Origin: Rebecca billardiae RCC1528
Lineage: Eukaryota > Protista > Haptophyta
Reading direction: 5' to 3'
Length of the DNA: 64,000 nt
NCBI GenBank assembly: GCA_965240325.2
Contig: OZ251224.1
Location: forward strand, 3,100,001 to 3,164,000
Part shown: positions 23,576 through 32,580 of the stretch, piece by piece
How the letters are laid out: the number at the start of each line of letters is the position of its first letter
How positions within the stretch are numbered: the stretch's first letter is position 1
Translations under genes and position numbers: made by a program
The notes under the pieces: model-generated
What the model was told of the DNA's origin: nothing
The model's database searches: none
What the model saw: only the letters and a program-made list of their open reading frames with translations

Positions 23576-24345
23576 TGGCCATTTGATGAGGTGTCAAAGG
23601 CACGGGCCGGCACTGGGCGCGCGGGCCGCCCCAGGCCCAGCAAGTGCTTTGTGGTCTGCCACCATGCGGATACCGCTGGCGCCCAACGGCTCTGCACCCA
23701 GCGACCAAGACGCATGCGGGCCGAAGTTGCGGCCTCCGTTCAGCTGCGCCGAGCGCTGATCCGCCCGGCTGGCAAGCTAGGCTACTCACTAGTCTGGTCA
23801 AGTGGTCAGTCACGGAAGTACCGCAGCTGTCCGCCGGGCCCGGGATACGACTTACGAGCGGACGGCGCGGCGGCGCCGACAGCATCAACACTTATAGTTA
23901 TATGCTCGCGTCGTAACTACGTCGTCGCGAGCGACTGTAAGTCAGTAAACTTGTATTAGACTAAGTCTATAAGTCAGCAGTACTAGAGGCTAGACGGTGC
24001 TGCATGTGTCTGAGTTGAAATAACACTATATCACTCTCGTCAGTCTCACTCTGAGACTGACCGTCACTATTATGACCGCGTTCCGCGGTCCTTTTCTGCA
24101 TAGAATCAACGCAGTTGGGGGCCCGCGGTGGCCGTGCAATCGCGGCTCTCCGCCGTAGTGGCAGTTCGCCAGTTGAAGTCGGTTCTGAGATGACTGAAGC
24201 TATATTAGTCCGACCGTCGCCCTGCCTGCGCGACCGCGAGACTCATTCACACTTCACACAATCACAGCAGCGGACCTGAGACCGCACCCGGCACCGGTCG
24301 TCAAATCGGACGTCCGTCTGACAACTAGCTGCCAAATGTCCAACT

Positions 24346-24470
24346 GGCTGATCAGCTCGGATCCGACCCGTCCGCGATCGTGCCATCGGCATCGGAATTA
24401 CTACTAGTAGCTGCCAAACTGTGTCCAACTCTGGCTGATCAGCTCGGATCCGACCCGTCCGCGATCGTGC
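24346..24470. repeat. Short direct repeat, two copies of ggctgatcagctcggatccgacccgtccgcgatcgtgcc
   Basis: Identical ~39 bp copies about 88 bp apart in an intergenic region. Confidence 0.85.
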
Positions 24471-25139
24471 CGAGTGAGTCGTGCCGCGGAGCTCGGAGTA
24501 CTGAAGGAGTCGGGTGTGACAGCAGGGTGCTTTAGCGCTGCGGCCCGTGCCAGCCAACGACCAGACGTACTCTGGCCACTTGACCCGTTGCACGGGTGAG
24601 TGACCGTACGCCCTGCCTAGTGCCTACCGCGCGCGCCGCGCGACCGGCGACTCGGGGTGATGGAGAGCGGATGGCGACAGCAGCAGCAGTCCTCATGAAG
24701 ACGATGAAACTGGCGGCACGGGTGCACGAGGTGGCAGGCGAAAGCGCGCCGACGAGACCGCATTTGACACACCTGAGCCGCACGCGCGTGCCGTCGCTGA
24801 GGGCGAGTGGCGAGCGCTGCAAACGCGCAACCGTACCGCGCGCGCCACGACGGCGCGGCACTAGCTGATGCAGGCCGTACTGCCGGCACTGCTTCTGCGA
24901 TCATGCGCCACGGTCGCAGCTGACTGCGTGAGCAGCAAGCGGGAGGCGGGTCCGGAGGCACGTGCAGGCGCCGTCCCGCATATCCGCCATCGCCCATCGT
25001 GCCGGGGCACGTCACCTCCGACGATCCGGATGTGGCCCAGTCCGGACGTCACGCGATCCGGGAAGACGAGTACGATTCGCTCGTAACGAACCGTTACACT
25101 AATGTCACGTCCAGCTGACGTCCAGATCGCACTTTACTT

Positions 25140-25365
25140 AAGGGAATCAGCTGGGCGCGCTTTTTTTTGGCCTGATAGACCTCTCAATGCGATCTCAAAA
25201 ACTCGAAACTCGGTCTCCGCCAGCCCTAAAAATCGCCCCCCGTCCCTTTTTTTCCGCCGCCCCCCGTCCCTTTTTTCTTGATCATAAAGATCTTTTTGAA
25301 ACGTGGTTCGGGCCCGCTGGTGCGGGCTCCACGCTGCGCGCTCCGCCCTGCACCGCGGGCCATTA
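25140..25365 (-). mobile_element. Transposon-end-like sequence with subterminal cgccccccgtcccttttt repeats; related to 20806-20892
   Basis: 25280-25365 is an inverted copy of 20806-20892. It is preceded by two copies of cgccccccgtccctttttt and by T/A runs atypical of the surrounding DNA. Confidence 0.55.
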
Positions 25366-25846
25366 GTTAGTCTGCCATACTCACTGTCTCACACAGCACT
25401 CTGTCTGACTGAGAGACTCTGATGAGCACACCGTCTCTCACTCTCTCACTCTGCCGACTGCCGTCGTAGTAGTGCACTTAGCACGTATACATGATTACAG
25501 AGTTGCAGGGCACGTGACGGCCGGCCCCGACGCCGGCCGTAGTGGTCGTGTCGATCCGCGCCACGCACTTATACTAAGACTGTCGATCTGATCGATATGT
25601 CTGTAGACTGCTCGGATGATGCATGATCAGGCAGCATCAAGTGATATCCAAGTGCTGCTCACGCTATCCGATGAGTGGCATGTCGTGCCACTATACTCGG
25701 ACTTCAGTCGGCAGCCACGCAGCTGATGCCCGGTGCCGCGACGCTGCTCTCGTGGCAAGCTCACGTGGCAGGCTTAGCAGCCTGCGATCGATAGCGGCGC
25801 AGCTGACTGCCGCGCCTCACGGACGGGCTGCTGCCGCAGTAGTCCA

Positions 25847-27340
25847 TCAGCCCCGCAGGCCCTTCGCCGCTGCGGCAAGGCCCAGCACGGCGCACGCGGC
25901 GCCGACGCCCGCAACGATCGGATAGGTCTGTGAGAACTTGGCAACAGTCCCAGCGACGGAGCACCTGGGCTTGCCCTTGCTGAGGTCGGGTGGGGGCACC
26001 TTGGCGCATGCCTCGAAGGCGGACTCGGTCAGCGTGTTGGCAATGTCGAGCACATAGCGAACGCCGGCATCGTTGGACGCAGCGAGCTTCTCGAAGACAC
26101 CGTTGAGCTCGGAGACGGGCACGACCTTAGTCTCGGGATAGATCTTCTTCGCCGCGCACAGGTCGATCACCTCCTGCGTCGCCTTGATCCCGCCGATGAT
26201 CGAGCCGGCCACCGCCTGGCGGCCAAAGATGAGCGGCGCTGCCGGCACCGTGAAGGGGGCGTCCGGCAGTCCGATCAGCACCATCGTGCCGTTCGTGTCG
26301 AGGAGGGGCTGGTACTGCATCAGCTCGTGGCTGGCGGAGATGGTGTTGAGGATGAGGTCGAGGGACTTGGCCGCCGCGCCCATCTGCTTCGGGTCGGACG
26401 AGGCGACGTACTTGTCCGCGCCAAGGCCGAGCGCGTACTCGCGCTTGGCGTCGGAGCGCGAGATGACCGTCACCTCGCACCCGAGCGCCTTGCCGATCTT
26501 GATGGCCATCATGCCGAGGCCGCCGAGCCCCATGATGCCGAGCCGCGTGCCCGGGCCCGCCTTGTGGTACACCATCGGGTCGTACACCGTGATCCCGGCG
26601 CACATCACCGGCCCGGCCTTCTCGAGCGGATAGTCCTTGGGGATCTTGATCGCAAAGCGCTCGTGGCAGACCATCTGCGTCGAGTACCCGCCCATCGTGC
26701 CGAGCTGCTCGAAGCCGGGGCCGTTGGGCGCGCGGCCGTGGATGTTGGGGAACGAGTATGTGAAGGTCGCCTGCTTGTCGCAGTACTGCTCCTCGCCGCG
26801 CTTGCAGAAGCGGCAGTCGAGGCAGCTGTCGACAAAGCAGCCCACGCCCACCTGGTCTCCGACTGAGAATTTCGTCACCTTCTTCCCCACGGCGACGCAT
26901 ACGCCCGCGAGCTCGTGCCTGCCGTGTGTAAGCGCACGCGCGCATGGTCGCGAGCCGTCAGGCCTGTCACACCCCGCCGGGCGCGCGCCAGGCAGAAGGC
27001 GAGGGGGCAAGGATACGTGCAGGCGATGTCGCGCGCGACTCACCCGGGGACCATCGGGTACATCGAGATGCCGCCGAGCTGGTCCGCGGCAAAGTGCAGG
27101 TCCGAGTGGCACACGCCGCAGTACTTCATCTCTGCGGACCGGGCGCGGGCGCCAAGGGTTTGGGTTGGAGGTCACGCCGAGTGAGAGCGATTCTCCACCA
27201 CGATTCGCCGAGTCTGCGCGCGCGCCGCGCACACCGATGTGCACATCGTTGTCACCGAGCGCGCGGCGCTTGATGCGGGCTGGCTTGAAGCAGCACTTCT
27301 TGTCGTTGCACATCATCGCGATCGCGTCGATGCCTGCCAT
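25847..27340 (-). CDS. Zn-dependent NADP alcohol dehydrogenase, cinnamyl-alcohol-dehydrogenase (CAD/AdhC) family; exons 27340-27235, 27131-27044, 26918-25847
   Basis: After splicing it reads YCGVCHSDLH, YPMVPGHELAG, structural Zn motif CLDCRFCKRGEEQYC, PVMCAGITVYDP and GLGGLG. Introns 27132-27234 and 26919-27043 are GT-AG. Confidence 0.93.
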   Translation of the reverse strand: MAGIDAIAMMCNDKKCCFKPARIKRRALGDNDVHIGVRGARADSANRGGESLSLGVTSNPNPWRPRPVRRDEVLRRVPLGPALCRGPARRHLDVPDGPRVSRARHRLHVSLPPRLLPGARPAGCDRPDGSRPCARALTHGRHELAGVCVAVGKKVTKFSVGDQVGVGCFVDSCLDCRFCKRGEEQYCDKQATFTYSFPNIHGRAPNGPGFEQLGTMGGYSTQMVCHERFAIKIPKDYPLEKAGPVMCAGITVYDPMVYHKAGPGTRLGIMGLGGLGMMAIKIGKALGCEVTVISRSDAKREYALGLGADKYVASSDPKQMGAAAKSLDLILNTISASHELMQYQPLLDTNGTMVLIGLPDAPFTVPAAPLIFGRQAVAGSIIGGIKATQEVIDLCAAKKIYPETKVVPVSELNGVFEKLAASNDAGVRYVLDIANTLTESAFEACAKVPPPDLSKGKPRCSVAGTVAKFSQTYPIVAGVGAACAVLGLAAAAKGLRG

Positions 27341-27504
27341 CGGGCCTGGAGGTGCTTCGAGAGCGGAGGGAGGGTTGGACCCCTTTGCGTACGACGGTCT
27401 CACTCGACCACGGGCGGCTCGGCAAGCGGCCGCCCGTCCGCGTGGTCCGGGTTTTTCCCCACTGACAGGTTGATGTTGGTGAGCACCAAAGTCGCACGCG
27501 TTCA

Positions 27505-28431
27505 ATGACGATCGCGTTCATCATCGCCACGCTCGGCCTCGCGATGCCCGTTGATGTCGCTGACGTCCTGCGGGTGGCGGTGTCGGCCGGCCGAGACTCG
27601 GCGGCCGTCGTCCGCCAAAAGCTTGGGGCAGACGTGATGAAGACCAAAGCCTCGCGGGGCGACCTTCTCACGGCAGTCGACGTGGAGGTCGAGAAGATCA
27701 TCCAGGCTGCGGTGACCGAGGCATTCCCCGCGCACGGCTTCCTTGGCGAGGAGTCGGTGGCGTCAGGGGCGAAGGCGAGCTCGGCGGCGATCGCTGCGGC
27801 GATGGACAACACCGATAGCGAGTGGCTCTGGATCTGCGACCCCATCGACGGCACGACCAATTTTGTGCAGTCGCTGCCACTGGTTGGCATCTCGATCGGC
27901 GTCGCGCGCCGCCGGCCAGAGGGCGGATGGGAGCTCGCTTGTGGCGTGATCGTCGACCCGTTTCGCGATGAAGTGTTTTCCGCCGTCGCCGGCCAGGGCG
28001 CGCAGCTCAACGGCGCGCCCATCCGCGTGGGCACGGAGGCTCTGGCTGATGCTGTCGTCGCTACCGGCTTTGCACCCAATCCCGCAAGCCTGCAGCCGAT
28101 GCTGCGCGGCATGCAGGCGGTGGGTGCCCGCGCGCGGACGCTGCGCATGCTCGGCTCGGCCGCAATCATGCTTGCCTGGGTTGGCTGCGGTCGCCTCTCC
28201 GCCTACTTTGAGTGCGACCTGAGTGCGTGGGACGTGGCTGCGGGTGCGCTCATCGTGCGAGAAGCCGGCGGCGTGGTGACTGCACTGGATGGCTCCGAGC
28301 ACACGATTGCCACGCGCCCGTTGCTCGCAAGCAATGCGGCAAGCCACGGCGAGCTTCAGAGCGTGCTCGCGGAAGCTCGCGTGGTCGGCCTGGACGACGT
28401 GGGGCCTCCTTCGCCGGCCGGCTCCCAATGA
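27505..28431 (+). CDS. Inositol monophosphatase family protein (IMPL1/SuhB-like) with an N-terminal signal-like peptide
   Basis: Motifs DLLTAVD, FLGEES, WICDPIDGTTNF, RMLGSAA and AWDVAAG. Hydrophobic N-terminus MTIAFIIATLGLA. Confidence 0.93.
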   Translation: MTIAFIIATLGLAMPVDVADVLRVAVSAGRDSAAVVRQKLGADVMKTKASRGDLLTAVDVEVEKIIQAAVTEAFPAHGFLGEESVASGAKASSAAIAAAMDNTDSEWLWICDPIDGTTNFVQSLPLVGISIGVARRRPEGGWELACGVIVDPFRDEVFSAVAGQGAQLNGAPIRVGTEALADAVVATGFAPNPASLQPMLRGMQAVGARARTLRMLGSAAIMLAWVGCGRLSAYFECDLSAWDVAAGALIVREAGGVVTALDGSEHTIATRPLLASNAASHGELQSVLAEARVVGLDDVGPPSPAGSQ

Positions 28432-28685
28432 GTCTCATCACTCATCATCGTCAATCATTCGTTAATCGTTACCGATCCGCATCAATCTCCGCGAATAATA
28501 TATGACGACGCGTCGAGTATCATCTTGACGAGCATAACTTCGGGCCCCACCCAGTATTCCTGTATCATAATGAACTCTCATCACTCTGTCAGTGTGGCAA
28601 TGACGACATGCCGCCAGGTGGCTGACAGTGTTAGCAATTCTACTGCTAGTTAGCGCAGCTCCCAAGCAATCAGAGTTACCAGTCG

Positions 28686-30296
28686 TCACAGTTTGCTGTC
28701 AGACGAGAGCCGCGCGGTGTCCCCCACTGGCTGGCTTGACGCAACGGCGAGCGCGAGCGCTGCGGCGTTCTGACCAGCGGCGCGCCCAAAGACAACGCAC
28801 TCGAGCAGCGAGTTCCCCGCCAGCCTGTTCCGCCCGTGAACACCGCCTGTGACCTCGCCTGCGGCAAAGAGGCCGCGGATGGGCCGCCCTGTGCGTGCCG
28901 AGATGACGGCGCCGTCGCCCCCGATGCGCACGCCGCCCATGCAGTAGTGCAGCGCGGGCGTCACCTGCATCACGAAGAAGCCGCCCTCCGCGCCCGAGGA
29001 CGACCCACTGCCGCCGGCCCCCGCCGGAGCCGGAGCCGGCGTCAGCATGCCTGCCGGAAAGACCACCTTGCCCAGCTCATCCGGCCCGCCCGTGCGCGCG
29101 GCCGCGTCGTGCTTGGCAGCCTCCTCGCGCAGCACGCGCTCGTCGACGCCCAGGTGCGCGCACAGGCCGGGCAGGTCGTCGAAGCGCGTCGCGAGGCCCT
29201 TTGTCACGTAGAAGGCGAGCGTGGGCAGCCCGAACAGCGCGGCGGCCGCGGGGCTGAGCACGAGGTGCGCGCGCCCGCCCGAGCGCTCGCGGATGGCCGC
29301 AGTCACGACCGCGCGGGTGGCGAGCTCGTTCACAAACCGCCGGCCGCTATTGTCGAGCAGCACGCCGCCCGAGCCGCGCAGCGCCTCGGGCGCGAGGAAT
29401 TTGGTGCGCGTGTGCGGGTCGGCGGGGTCGACAAGCGCCGTCGGGTGCACCTGCACCTGCGACAGGTCGACAGCCTCCGCGCCCACGCGCTGCGCCATGC
29501 ACACGCCGTCGCCCGTCGCAAAGGCGCCGTTGGTAGTCGGCAGCGAGGCGAGCTCGGGCGCCCACTCGGTGAGCCGCTCGACGGAGCCGGCAAAGCCGCC
29601 AGTGGCGAGGACGACGGCGTGTGCTGGGAGCTCCGAGCGTGGCTCGCTCGGGGATGACCACACCACGCCCACCACGCGGCGGTCGTCCACGTCATTTGCA
29701 CGGCCGCCGGCGCCCTCCGCAACAGCCGGCGCAGTCAGCAGCTCATCGGCGCTCGCGTTCGCGACCACGCGGATGCCCTCGTCCGCGTCGACTGCAGCAG
29801 AGAGCGCGGACATGATCGCGACGCCGACGTTCGGCCCGCTCGACGGCCGGTACGTGCGAGCGTGCGAGTGCGCCCCAAGCTGCGCGAGCTTGGACATGTC
29901 GACGCCGAGCTGCTGGATGAAGGCGAGCGCTCCCTCGCTGTCCTCCACCAGCTTGCGCACGAGGCGTTCGTCCGAGAGGCCGGCGCCCGAGCGGAGTGTA
30001 TCGGCAATGAACGCGTCTGGCGTGTCGCCGGACGCCTTTGTCAAGGCTGAGAGCCCCGAGGACGCCTTTGCGCTGTTGCCGCCCAGCTTCCGCTCCTTCT
30101 CGAGCACGATCACGCTGACGCCGGGCGTGCGCCGCGCCTCGATCGCCGCGGTGAGCCCGGCGAGCCCACTTCCGATGACCAGCACGACTGGAGATCCCGG
30201 AGATGCGCTCCCGTTCGACGCGCCGCCGACCCCGGCGAGCACACGCGAGAGAGGCGCGTGCCGTGCTCGGACTTGACGGACGGCTTGGACCGCCAT
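28686..30296 (-). CDS. Soluble FAD-dependent fumarate reductase (Osm1/Frd1, flavocytochrome c flavin-subunit family), C-terminal -SKL
   Basis: Motifs VIGSGLAGLTAA, GGNSAKASSG, VVLATGGF, TTNGAFATGDG, VQVHPT, EALRGSGG, LHYCMGG and AGEVTGGVHGRNRLAGNSLLECVVFG. Probable ATG at 30296. Confidence 0.93.
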   Translation of the reverse strand: MAVQAVRQVRARHAPLSRVLAGVGGASNGSASPGSPVVLVIGSGLAGLTAAIEARRTPGVSVIVLEKERKLGGNSAKASSGLSALTKASGDTPDAFIADTLRSGAGLSDERLVRKLVEDSEGALAFIQQLGVDMSKLAQLGAHSHARTYRPSSGPNVGVAIMSALSAAVDADEGIRVVANASADELLTAPAVAEGAGGRANDVDDRRVVGVVWSSPSEPRSELPAHAVVLATGGFAGSVERLTEWAPELASLPTTNGAFATGDGVCMAQRVGAEAVDLSQVQVHPTALVDPADPHTRTKFLAPEALRGSGGVLLDNSGRRFVNELATRAVVTAAIRERSGGRAHLVLSPAAAALFGLPTLAFYVTKGLATRFDDLPGLCAHLGVDERVLREEAAKHDAAARTGGPDELGKVVFPAGMLTPAPAPAGAGGSGSSSGAEGGFFVMQVTPALHYCMGGVRIGGDGAVISARTGRPIRGLFAAGEVTGGVHGRNRLAGNSLLECVVFGRAAGQNAAALALAVASSQPVGDTARLSSDSKL

Positions 30297-30512
30297 CTTG
30301 CGACCTTGCTGCCGTGTGGCCGGCCGCGGCGCGAGCTGGCGGCGGCTGACCTCGAAGGGCACACGAGCGCGTCCGCGTCGGCGCCGAGCGTGCGCGGTCG
30401 GGCACAACACACACCGACACGGGCAGCACGGTCACGAGACGGCGGCGCTCGCACTCGTCACTTGACTTGCTGACGACACTTGCATCAGGCGGTGCTCATC
30501 CTGTGGACGACC

Positions 30513-31244
30513 ATGTTCCGCCGCCGCCGCCGCCGTGATGATGGCGTGCCAATGCCCGAATCCGTGTTTGCTGCCGTGCACCCATGGCACGAGCTCCTCG
30601 TTCCCGAGCCTCTCGTCTTCAACGGATGGCTTCTCGCCCCCTCCGATCGCACGCGCAGCTTCCACCCGCATAGGCTGCCGCTGTCCCCCGCTGTGCCCCC
30701 AGTGCAGCGCGCCGAGCGGGATGACGCGGAGGAGGACGAGCTCGGTGGCGACGACGACGAGCACTCGACATGCACCATCTGTCTGTGCTCGATTAAGGCC
30801 AGCGACGCGTCCACGGGCATCGCCGTCCTGCACTGTGGCCATCGCTTCCACCCGTGCTGCATCTCCGGGTGGCTGTCGCACGGCTCCGAGCGGCAATGCC
30901 CGGTCTGCCGCGCAGTCGAGGGCTCGCCTCTCGAGCTGCCGTCCGGCAGCTCGACACGCGGCTCCCGGCGGCGACGGCAACGCAGCATCTTCGTGATGGG
31001 CAGGAACTTGAGCCTATGGTTCCTCGTCCACCACGAATTTTTCAACATGATCGTGAGCTATGGGTACGAGCGCGCCCTGTTCTTCACTGGCTCGCCATTG
31101 CTCTCCTCTGCGCTCGGCGCAGCGTGGATCGCGCTGCTGCACAGCTCGCTGCCTGGGCCGCGCGTGGATCAGCACCCTTTGCAGGTGTTGCTCGGGATCC
31201 AGAGCACTCCTCGCGTGCTGCGCTGCCTCACGGCTTGGTTCTGA
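30513..31244 (+). CDS. RING-H2 zinc-finger E3 ubiquitin ligase with a hydrophobic C-terminal region
   Basis: CTICL...LHCGHRFHPCCISGWL...CPVCR, the C3H2C3 pattern. Confidence 0.85.
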   Translation: MFRRRRRRDDGVPMPESVFAAVHPWHELLVPEPLVFNGWLLAPSDRTRSFHPHRLPLSPAVPPVQRAERDDAEEDELGGDDDEHSTCTICLCSIKASDASTGIAVLHCGHRFHPCCISGWLSHGSERQCPVCRAVEGSPLELPSGSSTRGSRRRRQRSIFVMGRNLSLWFLVHHEFFNMIVSYGYERALFFTGSPLLSSALGAAWIALLHSSLPGPRVDQHPLQVLLGIQSTPRVLRCLTAWF

Positions 31245-31531
31245 CGCTCTGCTTCTGATTCAGACTCTGGGACTACTCGGATCCAATCGGACTGTGCTCG
31301 GACGGCTGGTATTTTTTGGTGCCGTGGGGCTGTGTGAGTCATCGGAGTGGCAACTCGTTCAGACCGGTACCCTAGCTTATAGCTCGACAGTATCAATAAA
31401 TGTAGTTGTCAGCAGGTTGTGCGGTCCGCCCGGCCGCCGCGCGGACTTATTGATGACGAGTCCGTGAAGTCAACATAGCTCCGCCGAGCGCCCCCCCCGG
31501 GGACAAGCCGACGTGATTGCTCAGGTACGGT

Positions 31532-32395
31532 TCAGATCGCCTGTTCTCTGAGCTTGCGCAGCCGCTCGGCGAGCTTGTCCTCCTCTGCCTCGGGCAGGCT
31601 TGCCACCTGCTCCTGGGCAGCGGGCACCTCTGTGCTCGGCGTCGCCTGGTTCATTTTGGACGAGAACTCGAGCCCGTGCTCGTCGGCCACCTGCTGCAGC
31701 AGGGATTCCACCTCCTCCTCGGGCATGGCGGCGCTCGTGCTCGAGTTGATCGCTTGCTCGATGTACTCTGATCGCACGTCCACGTCCTCAAACGACCGCT
31801 CGAACCCGTCCATCACCTTGGCGATCTGCGCGCATGCGTGCGCGTGCGCGCCGCATCGTGAGCAGCCGTGCCGCGGGCGCATCACTCTGGGTAGGCACCG
31901 CGCGCGCACCTTTTCGACATCCATCGACTGCAGCGACGCATCCATCCCCTTCACCACGCCAGCCATCTGTTTAGTCACCATCTGCATCTTCACCGCTGAC
32001 TCGACTCGCGACGCGACGGCGTCCACGCGCGACGAGAGCCGCAGGTAGTTCATGGCTGCGCAGGCGCATGGCATGGCGCGCATCGCGCCCCACGGTCAGC
32101 GTCGCGTTCGCGCACGGGCGGTGGGGTGGCGCGTCGCGCGCACATTGGTTCTTCTGCCGGATGGCGTTCTGCGCGTATATCCGCGCGCCCTCCATGTTGC
32201 CCTTCTCGATGGCCTGCCAGCAGCCATGCGCACGGGTGCAGGTCAGCGCACGGGCACCACGGCGCACTGGGACCGGCGGCGCGCTCTCACCTTCTTCACC
32301 TTGGCGCGCTCGGCCTTCTCCTCCTTCTCCGCCTTCTTGGACATGCGGTTGAGCTGCTTGGCGGTGAACTTGAGATTGAAAAGCTGGTTCTCCAT
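31532..32395 (-). CDS. CHMP1: ESCRT-III associated protein CHMP1/Did2/Vps46; 4 exons
   Basis: MENQLFNLKFTAKQLNRMSKK, AIEKGNMEGARIYAQNAIRQKN, LRLSSRVDAVASRV and the C-terminal MIM1 motif DKLAERLRKLR. GT-AG introns at 32214-32290, 32056-32143 and 31826-31909. Confidence 0.96.
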
Positions 32396-32580
32396 TGCAG
32401 TCTCGCGCCCGCGCCCGTCCTCCGCTACCCGCACTGCCCGAGGTGTTCTTGCAGCAGATGTGCACCCTGCACCCCGCGAGGCGTTGAGTTCGTACGATGG
32501 CGCCCGCAATGGATCAGATCCGACGGCAGCTCTTGCCCAATTTCAGTTTGCCGCCCGGGGCCGCCCGCCGGTGGCTCGGC

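Noticed and set aside
23591-25086. Short Cys-containing ORFs as a transposase or zinc-finger gene
   Set aside because: They are fragmentary, have no DDE, RT or HUH motifs and keep no consistent frame; at most a relic.
30260-30296. PTS2 signal in the fumarate reductase N-terminus (RQVRARHA)
   Set aside because: The spacing does not fit R-[LIVQ]-x5-[HQ]-[LAF]; the His is one position early.
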